Positions 23,737 through 37,446 are shown, numbered from the stretch's first letter. The stretch is DNA of 64,000 nucleotides from Haliotis rufescens (GCF_023055435.1 NW_025963846.1:14880001-14944000); one strand, 5' to 3'. Notes: a model not told the origin generated them from the letters alone. A program made the numbers and translations.

Positions 23737-24091
23737 AGTGAGTGAGTTTGGTTTAACGCCGCTTTGAACAGTATTCCAGTTATATCACGGCGTGTCAGCT
23801 TAATGTGGGAGGAAAGCCCCAAGTGAAGCAGGTTTCAGGCGTTTACCACTTCGGTGAAACCCACGAGCACGGTTATGGTGCTGACAAACCTAGAAACATA
23901 ATCGGGCAAACCGGGATTCGAACCCACAATCATAGGTTTCTGGCGTGCCCAAGGGACTCAACTCTGCACAGCGAATCGCAGCGCCTTGCCCAAAGGGACT
24001 CAACTCTGCACAGCGAATCGCAGCGCCTTGCCCAAAGGGACTCAACTCTGCACAGCGAATCGCAGCGCCTTAGACGACTGGGCAACCCCAC
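23737..24091 (-). mobile_element. SINE family B with an internal 42-bp triplication
   Basis: Family B consensus; 42-bp unit repeated three times at 23948..24070. Confidence 0.9.
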
Positions 24092-25060
24092 TTAAAAGTG
24101 TGACTTTCAGAGGATCTCATTATTCAGAATTCAAAGTTATTCAAAAAGGAATATATAAATGAGTATGACTACGTTAATACTTAAGTAAATAGTGTACCAA
24201 GTAGTGTTTATGTTAGATGTTTCACTACAACAAGATACGACTGAACTTGATTCGTAGACCGCGGCTAAGATCGCCTACATTTTCCGGCTGCATAGTCACG
24301 TGACACAGCATTTCTGCATTTGGAAAACAAAACATATCATTGATTTTGACGCAATGCCAATACCTAACCTCACTACTTTTTCTGTAGGTTTGTGTGACAC
24401 ATGGGGAATTTAACTGATGCGAGTTGGCAACGAATACCATCTTGTGTGGTGTTCAGAAGGTCGGTATACAGTCCGTGTGTTGTTGCTTGTTAATGCGGCT
24501 AGAAACTGCTAAGGTTAAACAATCGATTATTTGTTCAAGATTCCAGAGATTTTAAGACTATTTGTATAAGAAAAAAAAGATAGTGTATTTTACAAAATAA
24601 TTAGATACAGCATGTCCCGAATAAGGATTTTCTGTCGTTAAACAAATTAAACGATTCATAAATCTTTTAAATGATTAAATATCACCACGATTACTATATC
24701 TTAAGTAAATATGTTTTAAAATGAGCTATACGAGGAGCTTTGGGGGAATAAAACACTTATTTTTAAAGGGAGGGGTATCATATGTGGAAATAATAAGATG
24801 TCACTTTATGAGTATACAGTGCCTTTAAGAAAGTGGTCAAATGTAACATCTGTTATATTTAGGAGAATACTTTCTTAGTAAAGTACAAACTATAGAACTG
24901 TTTCGGGTTGTGTTGTGTGACTGATTAAAACCCACACTCTCAGAGTGAAACACCTAATCGCCAGCACTCAAAGTACAGCGATCTATCCCACTCAGCTACC
25001 GAGGCTGGAAGTCCGACAGGTGGTAGTCTGGATCACGTACTGTGTGTACCCCTCTGATTT

Positions 25061-25186
25061 AGTGAGTGAGTGAGCAATATCACGGCAGGGGACACCAGAA
25101 ATGGGCACCACATTGTACCCATGTCGGGAATCGAATCCGGGTCTTCGGCGTGACGAGCGAATGCTTTAACCACTAGGCTTCCCGAC
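25061..25186 (-). mobile_element. SINE family A, deleted near the tail
   Basis: Match to the family A head and body. Confidence 0.85.
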
Positions 25187-25371
25187 TAAATTTCTGTTCA
25201 AAATATCACAAACAATTCGAATACATTCTGCTACACCTTCATTAACATTATCAGATAGACCGTAGATAACCACATTATTTTCCCTGCTATATTGTTCCTG
25301 ATTTTTTCAATTCCATTCTCAGTCTATTTTAATCTGTCCTCAAGTTTCTTCAAACCCGTTTCGTCACCTGG

Positions 25372-25649
25372 TCATACTGGTGACATGTGACTCTCTACCG
25401 TACCTTGGTGGCATGTGGATCTGTATCATACTGGTGACATGTGACTCTCCACCATACCTTGGTGGCATGTGGATCTGTATCATACTGGTGACATGTGACT
25501 CTCCACCATACCTTTGTGGCATGTGGATCTGTATCATACTGGTGACATGTGACTCTCCACCATACCTTGGTGGCATGTTGATCTGTATCATACTGGTGAC
25601 ATGTGACTCTCTACCATACCTTGGTGGCATGTGGATCTGTATCATACTG
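25372..25649. repeat. 54-bp higher-order minisatellite (26+28 dimer), about 5 units, in intron 1 of PAN paralog 2
   Basis: TCATACTGG recurs every 54 bp; both half-units resemble the 26-bp monomer at 742..1797. Confidence 0.95.
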
Positions 25650-26141
25650 GGTACACAGTCGGATAGTGTAAAGTTAGTGACCAAGTTAGGAGCACGACAT
25701 TTTGAACAGTATGTTCACGATACATGAATATGACGACGTCTTAGCTTAATGTGGGAGAAAAGTTCGACGTGATGCAGATCTTAGATATTTGCCACTTTGG
25801 TGAAACCCACGAGCACGGGTGTGATGCTTACAGACCAAGGTTACATCTGGTAGGTTAACTAGTGACTTGGATCAATGTGTGTCCCATCTCCAAGTAGTGA
25901 ATGGGTACCCGGTAGGATTAGGTGACATGTGATTGCTGACCTTCTAGCATCCGACATACACTTGAGTTCTCTCGATGGAGAATGATATATAAGTGCACAT
26001 GGATTCATTACTTATGGTCCGACACTGACACACCCCTGGAGCCCGACCTTGCAAGAGTTGACGCTTAATGACACTGCTTACTTTTATTATTATCATGATT
26101 GTCATTTGTATCATTATATTTGTATAATTATTATTACTTAC

Positions 26142-26456
26142 CGATGGCATATGTGACGCGCTTGCATGGTTCCAGCCAGAGGCAGCCACCATTCCAGAAG
26201 GAGCCGTTGTCGAGTTGTCGTAGTTGAGCTCGCATTGTCCCGCCTTGAAGTTCAAGCTGACGCAGCGAGACTGCTGCAAACATGACGTCACACAGTCCTG
26301 TAGGGTGAGGGTCTGAAGCACGAGGTAGACTGACCCCACGAGTCTACTACCAGCCATGAGCCCGGGGGTGTTAACCCCTCGACTGCATGTCCCCGTGACT
26401 TGACCACATCCTGTCATCAGCTCCACAAGCAACATTGTTGTCAGAAAGCTTTTCAT
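26142..26456 (-). CDS. Exon 1 of putative secreted PAN/apple + EGF-like protein, paralog 2
   Basis: Same 105-codon exon as 2067..2381 (one amino-acid change, S/G). Donor TCG|GTAAGT at 26142/26141. Confidence 0.85.
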
Positions 26457-28529
26457 TTTATAACTTCTTCAGATTAATGTCCACACGTTTGTCTTGAAAG
26501 CTGAGTTTAAAACCCGTTCTTGTTACCTCCCATTCACTTGTAGATATTACAACATCACTATGTTGTGACAATGATTAGTTTGACAACATATCATTAAAGG
26601 AAAATATCACTCCAAAGACTCTGCGTCCGTGTTGCCTACAATGCTCTGCATGGTTGAAACAGAGGGCACTGAGTTGGTCTGCCTCGGAGTACCCGTCATT
26701 GATCGTCGTCTTCTTATCCATCTAGAACATAGTTGCACGCATCCAAGACTGGCTTTTAACAAAACGGTAAAATATATACAGTTTAATTCCTTGTGGAGAA
26801 CATTGGTAAACTAGACGGCATCAATAGCAGAAAGACAACGAACGTGACTATCAGTTCACGCCACAATATAACAGGTCCGTGAAATGACACAAGGCTTGAT
26901 TGATTTCTGACTTCATGCAACAGTTACTCAGCTTCCAACGATTGATTGTTTTCTCTATACGCCCTGACATAAAGGTATTACTTTCCATGATGACAACATC
27001 TTCCAACTACCCATTTCGTTTCAATGACATACCACAAGCCAGAACCCTTAGCAAGTGCACCTGCGGCAAACAGTGCTGTTGGTAAGGGAGAGTGGTAAGT
27101 GTTCAACAAGCATATGCAGAATGGAATATTTCGTGAACCTTCACAACCTGTTACCATTCAGAACCATATCCTTGAACACGTTCATGTATAAAGCATGGCA
27201 AAAGTAAGTACTCGAAAGAGGCAGATTCACTTTCTTCATCCGTGATGACACGGCGGTGCAGTTTCAATCTCCCTCAGGACCTGTATCTTCGAGCAAACAT
27301 GGGAAAGAAAGCCGAATTGTCGCACAGGAGACAGCTCAAGAATCTCCTGAACAGCCGCATATTTTGTAAAACAATCACCGTGTTGATCCAAGAATTAACA
27401 TGGTCCCCATTGAAAGGATAACGATTCCGTCACCGTCCGACGTCGTTGTTTTCTACGTCAGGATGAAACGTTATCTCGCTTTCAAACACTAGACAATAAT
27501 CTATGAAACTTCCTACAGGAACAAAGAAGCATTTCCAGTTTTAAACAAACTGACGCCAGGAAGCCAGCTTGTTTGTCAGGTTATCGGTTGGCTCTAGGTG
27601 CTGAGACACTATTGACCAATGAGCGTGAGGTTGCCAACGCGCGTGTGACGTTACTAATTAAACTAATACCGTTAACAAATATGCCTATTATTATCCAGCG
27701 CTACCCGTGAGATCTGGAATACATCGGTAATCTAATCTATGGCAAATGAAGGACTTCCCACACTTCAAGATCGATAAACAATAAATTGAAGAAAGGACAC
27801 GATTATTCGGATGTAGCGTCTAGCTTTTCTAGCTGAGATTTCACCTGTACTAAAGTCCCCAAACAATATGGTTTTTTTTAATGAGATGTTGTTGTCGTTG
27901 CTCAATGACATTCGTATGAGAATTTTTTTGGACATACTTTACCCATGTTAATTTTATTTGAGGGGAAATTCTTCATACTTCATAGTGAGTTTTCAGGGAG
28001 GGTTCAAGGGGTCTTTCTTCGACGACCTAAATGTATAGCAGTATGCTATTGGTATACATAATTATGTTTCTCATACTGTTCGCGGAGGACATGTTTTATG
28101 CTGAGTCAGCTGCAAAAGATATGTTTGGGCGGAGACTTTAAAACTGCGCTCAACTGTGTTGCAAAACGAATATTCCTTAACGTTTTTCTTTACTTATGAA
28201 TAGCAAAATATCTGAACTTGTACACAGCAGACGTAATTCAAATTAAACTTACCATTTTTATTTGTTTCAACAAAATCAGTAATGGTACTCTCGTGTCACT
28301 GGATTTTCTGGGTCATCGATCACTTGTTTGTCGGGTTTGTTTATAGGCTAACGTCGCAAGGCAGGAGTACTGCTGTGCTGCGTCAGGCAAAAATTATTTT
28401 TTTAGGCAAATTGTATGAATGGCGGGGGCTACCGCTAGGGCAGGACATGTTTACCCTTTTCGAACACCTGGTACCATCACTCATTTTCAGTGATCCATTC
28501 ATAAAATTTCCACTGCTATTTTCCCTTTA

Positions 28530-29567
28530 AGCCAAGTGGAAACTGTTTCGGTTGAAAATCTAGGCTGGTTATTCTCTTGCACTGACAATTTATATTTGTT
28601 GTCCGAACCACATGTTGGATTGCAGAGCTTCGTTAATACTTTATATGATTACGACTTGAATGGAGGCTCGATGTCAAACAATAATTATGGTTTTCCGCAA
28701 TGGTGGAAAACTGAGATCGAACGAAGAATGGCATTAAGGAAATAAATCATGAACTTGAAGTTGTAGATAGTTTTAACTATTTAGGAAATGGTCTAAAATT
28801 TAACGAATCATTGTCCATGACACAGAAAACATTAACAGGAAAGGGATAAAATGTATGAATATACACCCAAAAGAACTATGAGTGTGAGATATGGGTCTTT
28901 GCCAACTGTTTAGGTATGGACAGGATTCATCTGAAATTTTGTAAATAAATATGTTAATTAAAAAAAGTAGTTCTGTATGAATTTTGGGGAACTTAGCAGA
29001 TGCCTTTGCATATAAACATTTATGTTCCTATATTGGTTTAAACTTCTAGTTAACTGTATATTACAAACAATGTATACAATTTCACTTATTTTTTTAACAA
29101 AAAAATGTACTTCTTGGGCTAAAAATATGTCATATGTGCATGGGGTTTGGTAGTTCCTGGGAGTATCCCACGTATGTAAATAGTAGGTACATACGTGGGA
29201 TTTCCAGGTACTTTTAAGTAAAGATTGGTTGATGTATTTATGCAGAAACGACTAGAAAATATGAGCAGCAATGGAAATCAGTTTGTTGTTGAAGACGAAT
29301 ATCACGATATCCTTATCTGTCCCAAATGTGTAAATGAACGTAAACTATATATTAAAATGTAGTAATGGGTAAATCTTAATGTTTATAAGATTGTACAGTT
29401 ATTTATGTGTAAAAACAATAAAACCTTCACGCTTTATTATGTCACCATGCCCTATATATATGGATATGTATATTTTGGACGTGGACACAGTTGGTTCAAG
29501 AATAAAGTTTCTGTTCTGTTCTGTTCTATCCTGTTCTTTTCTGTTCTGTTCTGTTCTGTTCTGTTCT
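28530..29567 (+). mobile_element. Highly decayed RTE-X-like LINE 3' fragment with (TTCTG)n tail
   Basis: Remnants of FNYLG, CEIW, GELSR and VEDEYHDILICPK. AATAAA at 29501 followed by the pentamer tail. Confidence 0.75.
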
Positions 29568-29939
29568 ATAAATCAGCCTCCTGTGCGATCACGTGAATTA
29601 CCGCATCATCAACTGATTACATTTTCCCTTTCCAAAAAAAGGGTTTTACCAAGATATTTGATAGAAAAAATATTGACCGCTCCCATTGTAACATACTTTA
29701 AAGATCAAATCCCTTTTGTGTATTTTATTGAACGTGATAATTGTTTTCAATACAAGTCGCAGACATTCGCTCAGACACTACATTATAACTGATGCACGCA
29801 TTTTCAAGAATAATCGACCTATGATCTGTTCACAAGAAGTTTTAAAAGGTTATGCAGGCAATATATACCTTCCGGGCGGCGTTGTCTGCAAATTATAGAC
29901 CAGAACAGGTTTTGAGACTAAGTGTGAATAAAAGCATAC

Positions 29940-30165
29940 GTGAGTGAGATGGATTTTGCGCCGCTTTTAGCAATAAAATATGGGTGGGGGTGGGGGTGAA
30001 TCATCGGGTCTTCCTTCGGCGTCGTGAACGTATTACTCAGCCTGTACCCAGCATCATCACGGCGGGGCACACCAGAAATGGGGTTCACGCGTTGTACCCA
30101 TGTGGGGAATCGAACCCGGTTCTTTGGCGTGGCGAGCGAACACTTTAACCACAAGGCTACCCACC
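29940..30165 (-). mobile_element. SINE family A, rearranged
   Basis: Head at 30050..30165; tail at 29940..29975 separated by a degenerate second head fragment. Confidence 0.75.
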
Positions 30166-31292
30166 ATTGCTACCCGAAATATTTGAACGTAAGCAAATCA
30201 CGGTTTAACCTCAGCCGATGTTCTTGGGAGATGTTGCTAAAGACAATACAAACGTATTGAGAAAAAATTAATCATGTTGACGGACTCATATTTTGATTTT
30301 CTTCTGAAGGTGAAAATTCGTCCTTTTGCTGTAATTTTAGCCATTCCTGTATATTTGATGCCATAATGAACATACGTCCATACCATTGTACACAGTTTTC
30401 CGAGTTAAACGATTTTACACATACAAGTCAATAACGTATTGAAAACAAACACGACCATCCCACAATAATAAATATACGATTATTTGCATCAACGGTGTTT
30501 ACTATCATGGTTATATGTTGGCCATCGTAGGTTTTCGATTTGGTTAACATTTTCGATATCAGTGTTTTTAGATCAAATACGTTTATTATTTGTTAAAATG
30601 TTTAATTGCCGAACTGTAAGTTGTTTTCCTAAACAATGCCATCGCCCTTCAAATATTTGAAGAGTGTGAGTCGGATGAGTGCGGTGCCTGTGGTGTTAAC
30701 GTACGTGTTTCAGGTGTATTATTTATTTGAAGATAGATTACCCGTGAAAACAGGAAAATCGAAATGTATAGGTAATGTACCCATTGAGTGTAATAAAGAT
30801 CAAAGGGCTTTGTCGGAACTATGCGTAATTGATCACACGCCATGTTAGTAATGTCACGGTCGCGAGGGATGTTGTTCCAAGGAATTTCACTATCATGCGA
30901 ATTGGGAAAATGTCACGCCCCTGCGATTGAACACTTTAGGAACACACACGTAGACGTTGCTATATAAGTGCAATAATCTTGAGCGATGTGTTTAATCCCA
31001 TTTCACCTCACCACTATATTGAGAAAAATACTTATGACCCATCATGTCCAGTGGAAATAAAACTTAGACCAGCTGTCATGGATTAAACTTAGCATACGTT
31101 GTGCGGGTGAGTGAGTGAGTCGTATTTTACACCACCTTGCACAATATTTAGGTTACATCACGGCGTGGCAAGTTATTATAGGAGAAAAGCCTGACATGAT
31201 GCAGTTTTCTAGACGCTTGCCAGAAATCTGTAACTGGTGCTGACAAACCAAGGATCATAATCAGGGCGAATGGGACTAATACAAGGCTTGGT

Positions 31293-31520
31293 NNNNNNNN
31301 NNNNNNNNNNNNNNNNNNNNNNNNNNNNNNNNNNNNNNNNNNNNNNNNNNNNNNNNNNNNNNNNNNNNNNNNNNNNNNNNNNNNNNNNNNNNNNNNNNNN
31401 NNNNNNNNNNNNNNNNNNNNNNNNNNNNNNNNNNNNNNNNNNNNNNNNNNNNNNNNNNNNNNNNNNNNNNNNNNNNNNNNNNNNNNNNNNNNNNNNNNNN
31501 NNNNNNNNNNNNNNNNNNNN
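31293..31520. other. Assembly gap (other gaps: 33665..33828, 36611..36801, 42325..42607)
   Basis: Runs of N. Confidence 1.
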
Positions 31521-32132
31521 CTAGTGCAATAGTCTTGACCGCGGCGTTATTCCCATTTCACCTGATAAGTTTCAATACATTATCAGTTTGTTAAATCTTC
31601 ATTCGGTGTTTTCTATTTCCCTCTTTTTCACTTTCAAATGGAACATACATTGGAACGTCACATTTTCTCAGATCTAGGATTCGAGTTATATACTAAATAG
31701 CAGCTAAGTTTATATAAATAATACGACCGGTCATTTCCCCAACTGTGTATAAAAAGGGCACTTTCATGAAAAAAATAATTCTCTTTTAAAATGCTTTACA
31801 ATTGGAACCGAAAACGACCAAACTTGATGAGAGCTCATAAGTAAACTAATATATGTATTTGTTTTTGAGTTTTGTAATCTTTTAAAGAAATATCAACAGT
31901 AAATAGCGGTTCAGATAAAAAAAATCAACGGGGGGAATGTAGAAGCCCTGTGTTCGGGCCACCCTGAGGTCAAGTCGCTTGGGGGCAGGGGCGATGCTAG
32001 CACATATGTCTTATGTTGGTGGGGGTTGTGCCATCAATGGACCGCCCTGTGTTGATACATTTGCTAGATATACCACCAACAGGGTAACCACATTTCTTGA
32101 TAGGCAGTTTTTACCATATGTGTTTGTATTTG

Positions 32133-32303
32133 AGTGAGTGAGTGAGTGAGTATGTTTTTACGCCGCTTTTAGCAATATTCCAGCAATATCACGGCGGGGG
32201 ACACCAGAAATGGGCTTCACACATTGTACCCATGTCGGGAATCGAACCCGGGTCTTCGGCGCGACGAGCGAACGCTTTACCCACTAGGCTACCCGACCGC
32301 CCC
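32133..32303 (-). mobile_element. SINE family A
   Basis: Full length; TSD TGTTTGTATTTGA on both sides. Confidence 0.92.
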
Positions 32304-32695
32304 TGTTTGTATTTGATCATGTTGTAGTTCAAATTAAGGATTCTCTGAACATTGCAAAACAGATGTCAACAGGAGATAGGACACAAGGAATATAAGCTTG
32401 ATGAAGTCTCTAAGGACATGTAGTGTGTGGTGCAGACTTCAACAATCAATGTATATACATGTATTATCATGGATTGTTAAAGGTTTGTTCTAACTCTAAG
32501 TGTATTTCTAATTGGGTATTTTACTTATTTGTTTTTTAATTATTTTAGCTGATGAAATGCATGTGTTCTTGGCACATGGTGGTAATATTTTTGTTCAATC
32601 ATTTTGATTATTGATTGATTTCGTATCTCCATAGATATGCACATAGAAGTTTTCTATTTTTTTTATCATATTTCATATAATGAACCCTAAACCCT

Positions 32696-32942
32696 TGTGT
32701 GAGTTTTACACCGCAAGGAACACTATTCCAGTTATATCCTGCCATGTCAACTTAGTATTGAAGGAAAGCGCAAAGTGATGCAGGGTTCAGACGTTTACCA
32801 CTTCGGAGAAGCACACGGGCACGGGTCCGATGCTGACAAAAAACATCATTTTGGCGAACCGGGATTCGAACCCATGATCATGGCGTGCCCAAGGGACGCA
32901 ACTCTGCTCAGCGTTTTAGATGACTGGACCACCCGTGCCCCT
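32696..32942 (-). mobile_element. SINE family B, degenerate
   Basis: Diverged match to the family B consensus. Confidence 0.78.
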
Positions 32943-35395
32943 CCCCCATCACCCCTAAACAAGAACCTAAAATATTAGTAATAGGTCTAATGTGGTTGAT
33001 AAAGTCTCGAATATGCAAAGGTTATACACACACCTCTAGTTGCTGTGGACTAGACCAAATGATGTAAGGGTAGAGAAGAACTCTGGCTATATTTTATTGT
33101 CTCATGAAATATATTGCATTTTGACCACAACACATATATTTGGAGTTGTGATTCATTAATGCATCACTGTCACCAAACATTGTTACAAAGCATGAAGAGG
33201 TGCTGGCATCTTTACTGCCATAACTCTTCAAAGTTTGAATCAAGACTGAGAGTAATCGGCTTTTCATCTTTCTTTTAAAAGCCAAAAGAATATGATTCAT
33301 ATGTTTCATTATTACTTCATGGTATGTTTCAGAAAGAACGAAGCCACAAAGTCATTAATACTTCTCGCTGAAGTCCTAAAAATTGAAGTTCCAGGTCATC
33401 CAATAGTCCACAAACACGCCCAACGGTCCCTGAATTTAAGTCCACTTCCAAATGGGTAACCGGGTGCCCGCAAGGCTCCCCGTACACATAGGTCAAGTTA
33501 CCGTAAACATGTAATAGACATGTGAAACATCGTATGTAAATCATATGACGCCTACCGATTCTCTGGTTACATCGCACACCGTGTATGGGCTTGCCCCCTG
33601 GTGAGGTGAATGTTTGTTTAAGGGGGTAAGGGGGGAAGTGAATGTACGTTGACAACCCTACCCCNNNNNNNNNNNNNNNNNNNNNNNNNNNNNNNNNNNN
33701 NNNNNNNNNNNNNNNNNNNNNNNNNNNNNNNNNNNNNNNNNNNNNNNNNNNNNNNNNNNNNNNNNNNNNNNNNNNNNNNNNNNNNNNNNNNNNNNNNNNN
33801 NNNNNNNNNNNNNNNNNNNNNNNNNNNNACACGCACCCACACTAGTATATATTATGGAAACACAGCAACCCGGTCTGCTATATGTTATAACTTTACTATA
33901 CACTGGGGTAACCATCAAGTTGTGTGGATAACGTATATAAACAGAGGAGCAAAACAAGCAATATCTCTCAGTTGATTTCATGTCATCTTTTATTTTAAAT
34001 AGAAAATATCTTACGTTAGTGATATTATATCCAAAACATGAACTGTACTGGGGTTAGTCAGCACTCAAAGAAAACTTCCATATGGATCTATTTTTTTAAA
34101 TATAATTTGATTCTTGATATTCTTCGCATAATACACAACTGATGATGGGTATCTTAGACATTTTATCTTTGAAAAATCAATATATTTGTTTTTTGGGGTA
34201 CAGATTTACATTATTACAAACAGGGCAGGGATGTATCTTCATTTCTTACCCCAGTCTTCATTGAAGCAATATATCTTTATACAAAACCCTGCCACAGATT
34301 ACCCACACTGTTGCAGGAATGAGTGATGATTAGTTTCATATAACAACCATTCCAAGCGGACATAATCAAATTTAACTTCAGTTCTTTCAATTACATAACA
34401 AAAACAAAATCGGTATACTATCTGTTATGGACATGTTGAAACTATGTGTTACAACAGTCTCATATTGACGTCTTGATTATACCCATGCACATATAAAAAA
34501 ACCAGTTGTTGTCTCAAATAAGTATGGCCGTAAAACCATATGTTGATGCCGTCCATCAATCCGTAGTATCACGACGAAAATCACTCTCCTACCCAGAGTT
34601 CCATGCGGCCGGCAGCCAGCTAGCATAGTACCTCTGCCACAGGCCAGCGCCATGTGACGATTCGTCTCATCTTTCACAGTCCATTCAAGATATTGCATAT
34701 GCTTTTCATCCGTTTCATGTTGGACAAGTCTACACATTTTCATAAACAAATGTCAAAGAATGGTTAACTTTCATTGAGAAAGTATGCAAATACGTAAAAA
34801 TCTACTTGTTTTTGCGTAGTTATCCTATGTTTACATTGGTTGTACGGCTCCACGTGCTGTCATCGAAGCCCAACGGAGAGCTAGCGACACGGTCACTTTG
34901 ATGCATAAATATATATTGTCATGCAACTCACTGTCGCAGTTGTAGTAGCATATCTATATAGTTATGCAAAACAATATGTAAAGCGCCCCCAAATACTTGC
35001 ATTAGTCCGTTCTATACTGATTTCTGAAAAAGCGCGTTTGTTAACAAACAAGAGAAAAGTCCGGTCACGTGATATGCAAATTAGCCTGTGGCAGTGGTGT
35101 TTTGCTGAGTCACCACTGCGACGGAGTGTGGACGAAAATCATAATTCGAAATGAAGTTTTTCACGACTGCTTCAAAAGTTATTCGCGGGCATTTGTCATA
35201 CTGCAGATGTATCTTATCACAATTAACCTGGAACCACACTTGTTCATATACATGATTATACCCTGAGAATATACTTAGTATATACTACAGCGTTGATGTG
35301 TTATTTTAAACAATTTTTTATTTAAAGTTAGCTATTTAGTCTATTTATGGGCGGTTTATACTTGAATATTTTACAGGAGACCCTAACAATTACCG

Positions 35396-35640
35396 CGTGA
35401 AGATCCGGGGTAGAATAGGTGTTCAGCAACCCATGCTTGCCGTAAAAGGCACTATAAGTGATAGAGATGACTAACGGGATCGGGTGGTCAGACTCGCTGA
35501 CTTAGTTAATTACCTCTCATCGTATCCCAATTGATCGATGCTCATTCACTGGATTGTCTGTTCCAGACTCGATTATTTACAGACCGCCGTCATATAGCTG
35601 GAATATTGCTGAGTGTGCATACAAACAAACGGACAGACAA
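35396..35640 (+). mobile_element. Family C retroposon
   Basis: CGTGAAGATCCGGGGTAGAATAGGTGTTCAGCAACCC... Confidence 0.85.
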
Positions 35641-36147
35641 AACAAAGTATATATATTTATCAGTATGCTCGACATCGACCCCTAGTGGTTGCAGTCGCTA
35701 ATAACACAGGTTCCAGTCACGAAATATCATTTAACATTTGACAAACGACATTGGAACAACGATGACACAGTATGATCGTCATTGAGAGCATACAAGGCGT
35801 ACAATTGTGGCAGATTCTGATAGAACTGAAAGGTGCGGTTATACTACTCAACTTTTGATAGCGATAATTATGAGAATAAGATTTATCATCCAAAACTGGC
35901 TCCCACAGGAGATATCGCTTGGATGAGATCAAGCGATATCTACACTGTAGATATCGCTGCAATGAAATTACATCACAATGCTTTGCAGACCATTGTGACA
36001 TCACTGGTTACCATGACGTCACAATCAAATGACATCACTAATGGCTCTGCTACTGAAGCCGTTTGCAGTACTTTTTACACTGAAGACACTACTAATTACT
36101 GTCTACAAATTGAAAAAGTTGAAAGAATGATGTTGGATGATAAATAA

Positions 36148-36290
36148 AATCTCACCCTCGTGTCTTTTGATATCAAATATATCAACACTCGTTGATAAAA
36201 GTGGCAAAAATCCTCGGCAAGCCTCGGATTTTTCCACTTTTATCAACTCGTGTTGATATATTTGATATCAAAAGACACTCGGGTGAGATT
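36148..36290. repeat. 143-bp near-perfect palindrome, probably the terminus of a non-autonomous DNA element
   Basis: Arms are reverse complements except for three CTCG/CTCG appositions and a 1-nt bulge. Confidence 0.93.
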
Positions 36291-37446
36291 CTCTATTTGT
36301 GTATCATGGAAAGATAAAAACAAATATCCCTATCTAACGTAGAGTAGTATATATTGCGAACGTGGACAGCACACCATAGACTTCATGTTACGTCAGTAGA
36401 TATTAAGTTGTATATTTCACCGTGGTGAAGACGATCACACCGCTGACACACGGTACCTGATACATGTCCCTTCCCCGAGTAACATATTTCGGCGATAGCG
36501 AATTGCTTTTCACCCCAAACAATGAATCTTCTGTCTTATTGATATGTTTTACAGTATATATTTAAACTTTAATAATTGCTGTAATGTGGATGGGTTGTGT
36601 TGCAAAACACNNNNNNNNNNNNNNNNNNNNNNNNNNNNNNNNNNNNNNNNNNNNNNNNNNNNNNNNNNNNNNNNNNNNNNNNNNNNNNNNNNNNNNNNNN
36701 NNNNNNNNNNNNNNNNNNNNNNNNNNNNNNNNNNNNNNNNNNNNNNNNNNNNNNNNNNNNNNNNNNNNNNNNNNNNNNNNNNNNNNNNNNNNNNNNNNNN
36801 NGCACACACATAAACACATACGTACACACACACGTACAAATAATTGGTTGAACGTCGATATCAACGTAGATGATATTTCTTTTAATGTGGCACCAACACG
36901 CTTCCATGCAACACACATGCAGTTGTGTCTAATATTGTTATTTATTTAGGACGCATTGATACTTATACTTATTTAATACTGATACTCAAACACTACAAAC
37001 TATAATAAATAAAGGTTTCATGATTATGCAAAATACGCCACGATGAAATATATCACTGTCTGTCCGAGGACGTGTTGGAGTTCCGTCAGTATTTGTGTTC
37101 ATTACAGAAAACTAATATGTACAGACCTGTGAACAAATATTTTCAGTAAACATTCCCCTTCCCACGTGGCGGCGAAGGCATTACAGTGATGGGAGCCGTG
37201 CATTCCCTGATGCAATTCCAAATAATTCCAACTTACAACTCCACTCGTCATGTGACGTTGTTGTTAAAACATCCAGGCAAGTTCAATCAAAAGCATTACC
37301 GTGACCTTCCAGTGGATGCGATTTCAGCTAACTGTTGCATAACGCTTACTCAAGATGGGCCGCCCGTCGGTCCAGATGGCCTGCCCTGGTACCGCAACAC
37401 GCTCACCCCTCCACGGGGGTCAGGATGTTGGGGTCAGATTCTTGTG

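Noticed and set aside
25364-25727. 18-aa repeat ORFs
   Set aside because: Translation of the 54-bp minisatellite.
33329-33981. ORFs spanning N runs (also near 31270, 36544 and 42248)
   Set aside because: Artefacts of assembly gaps.
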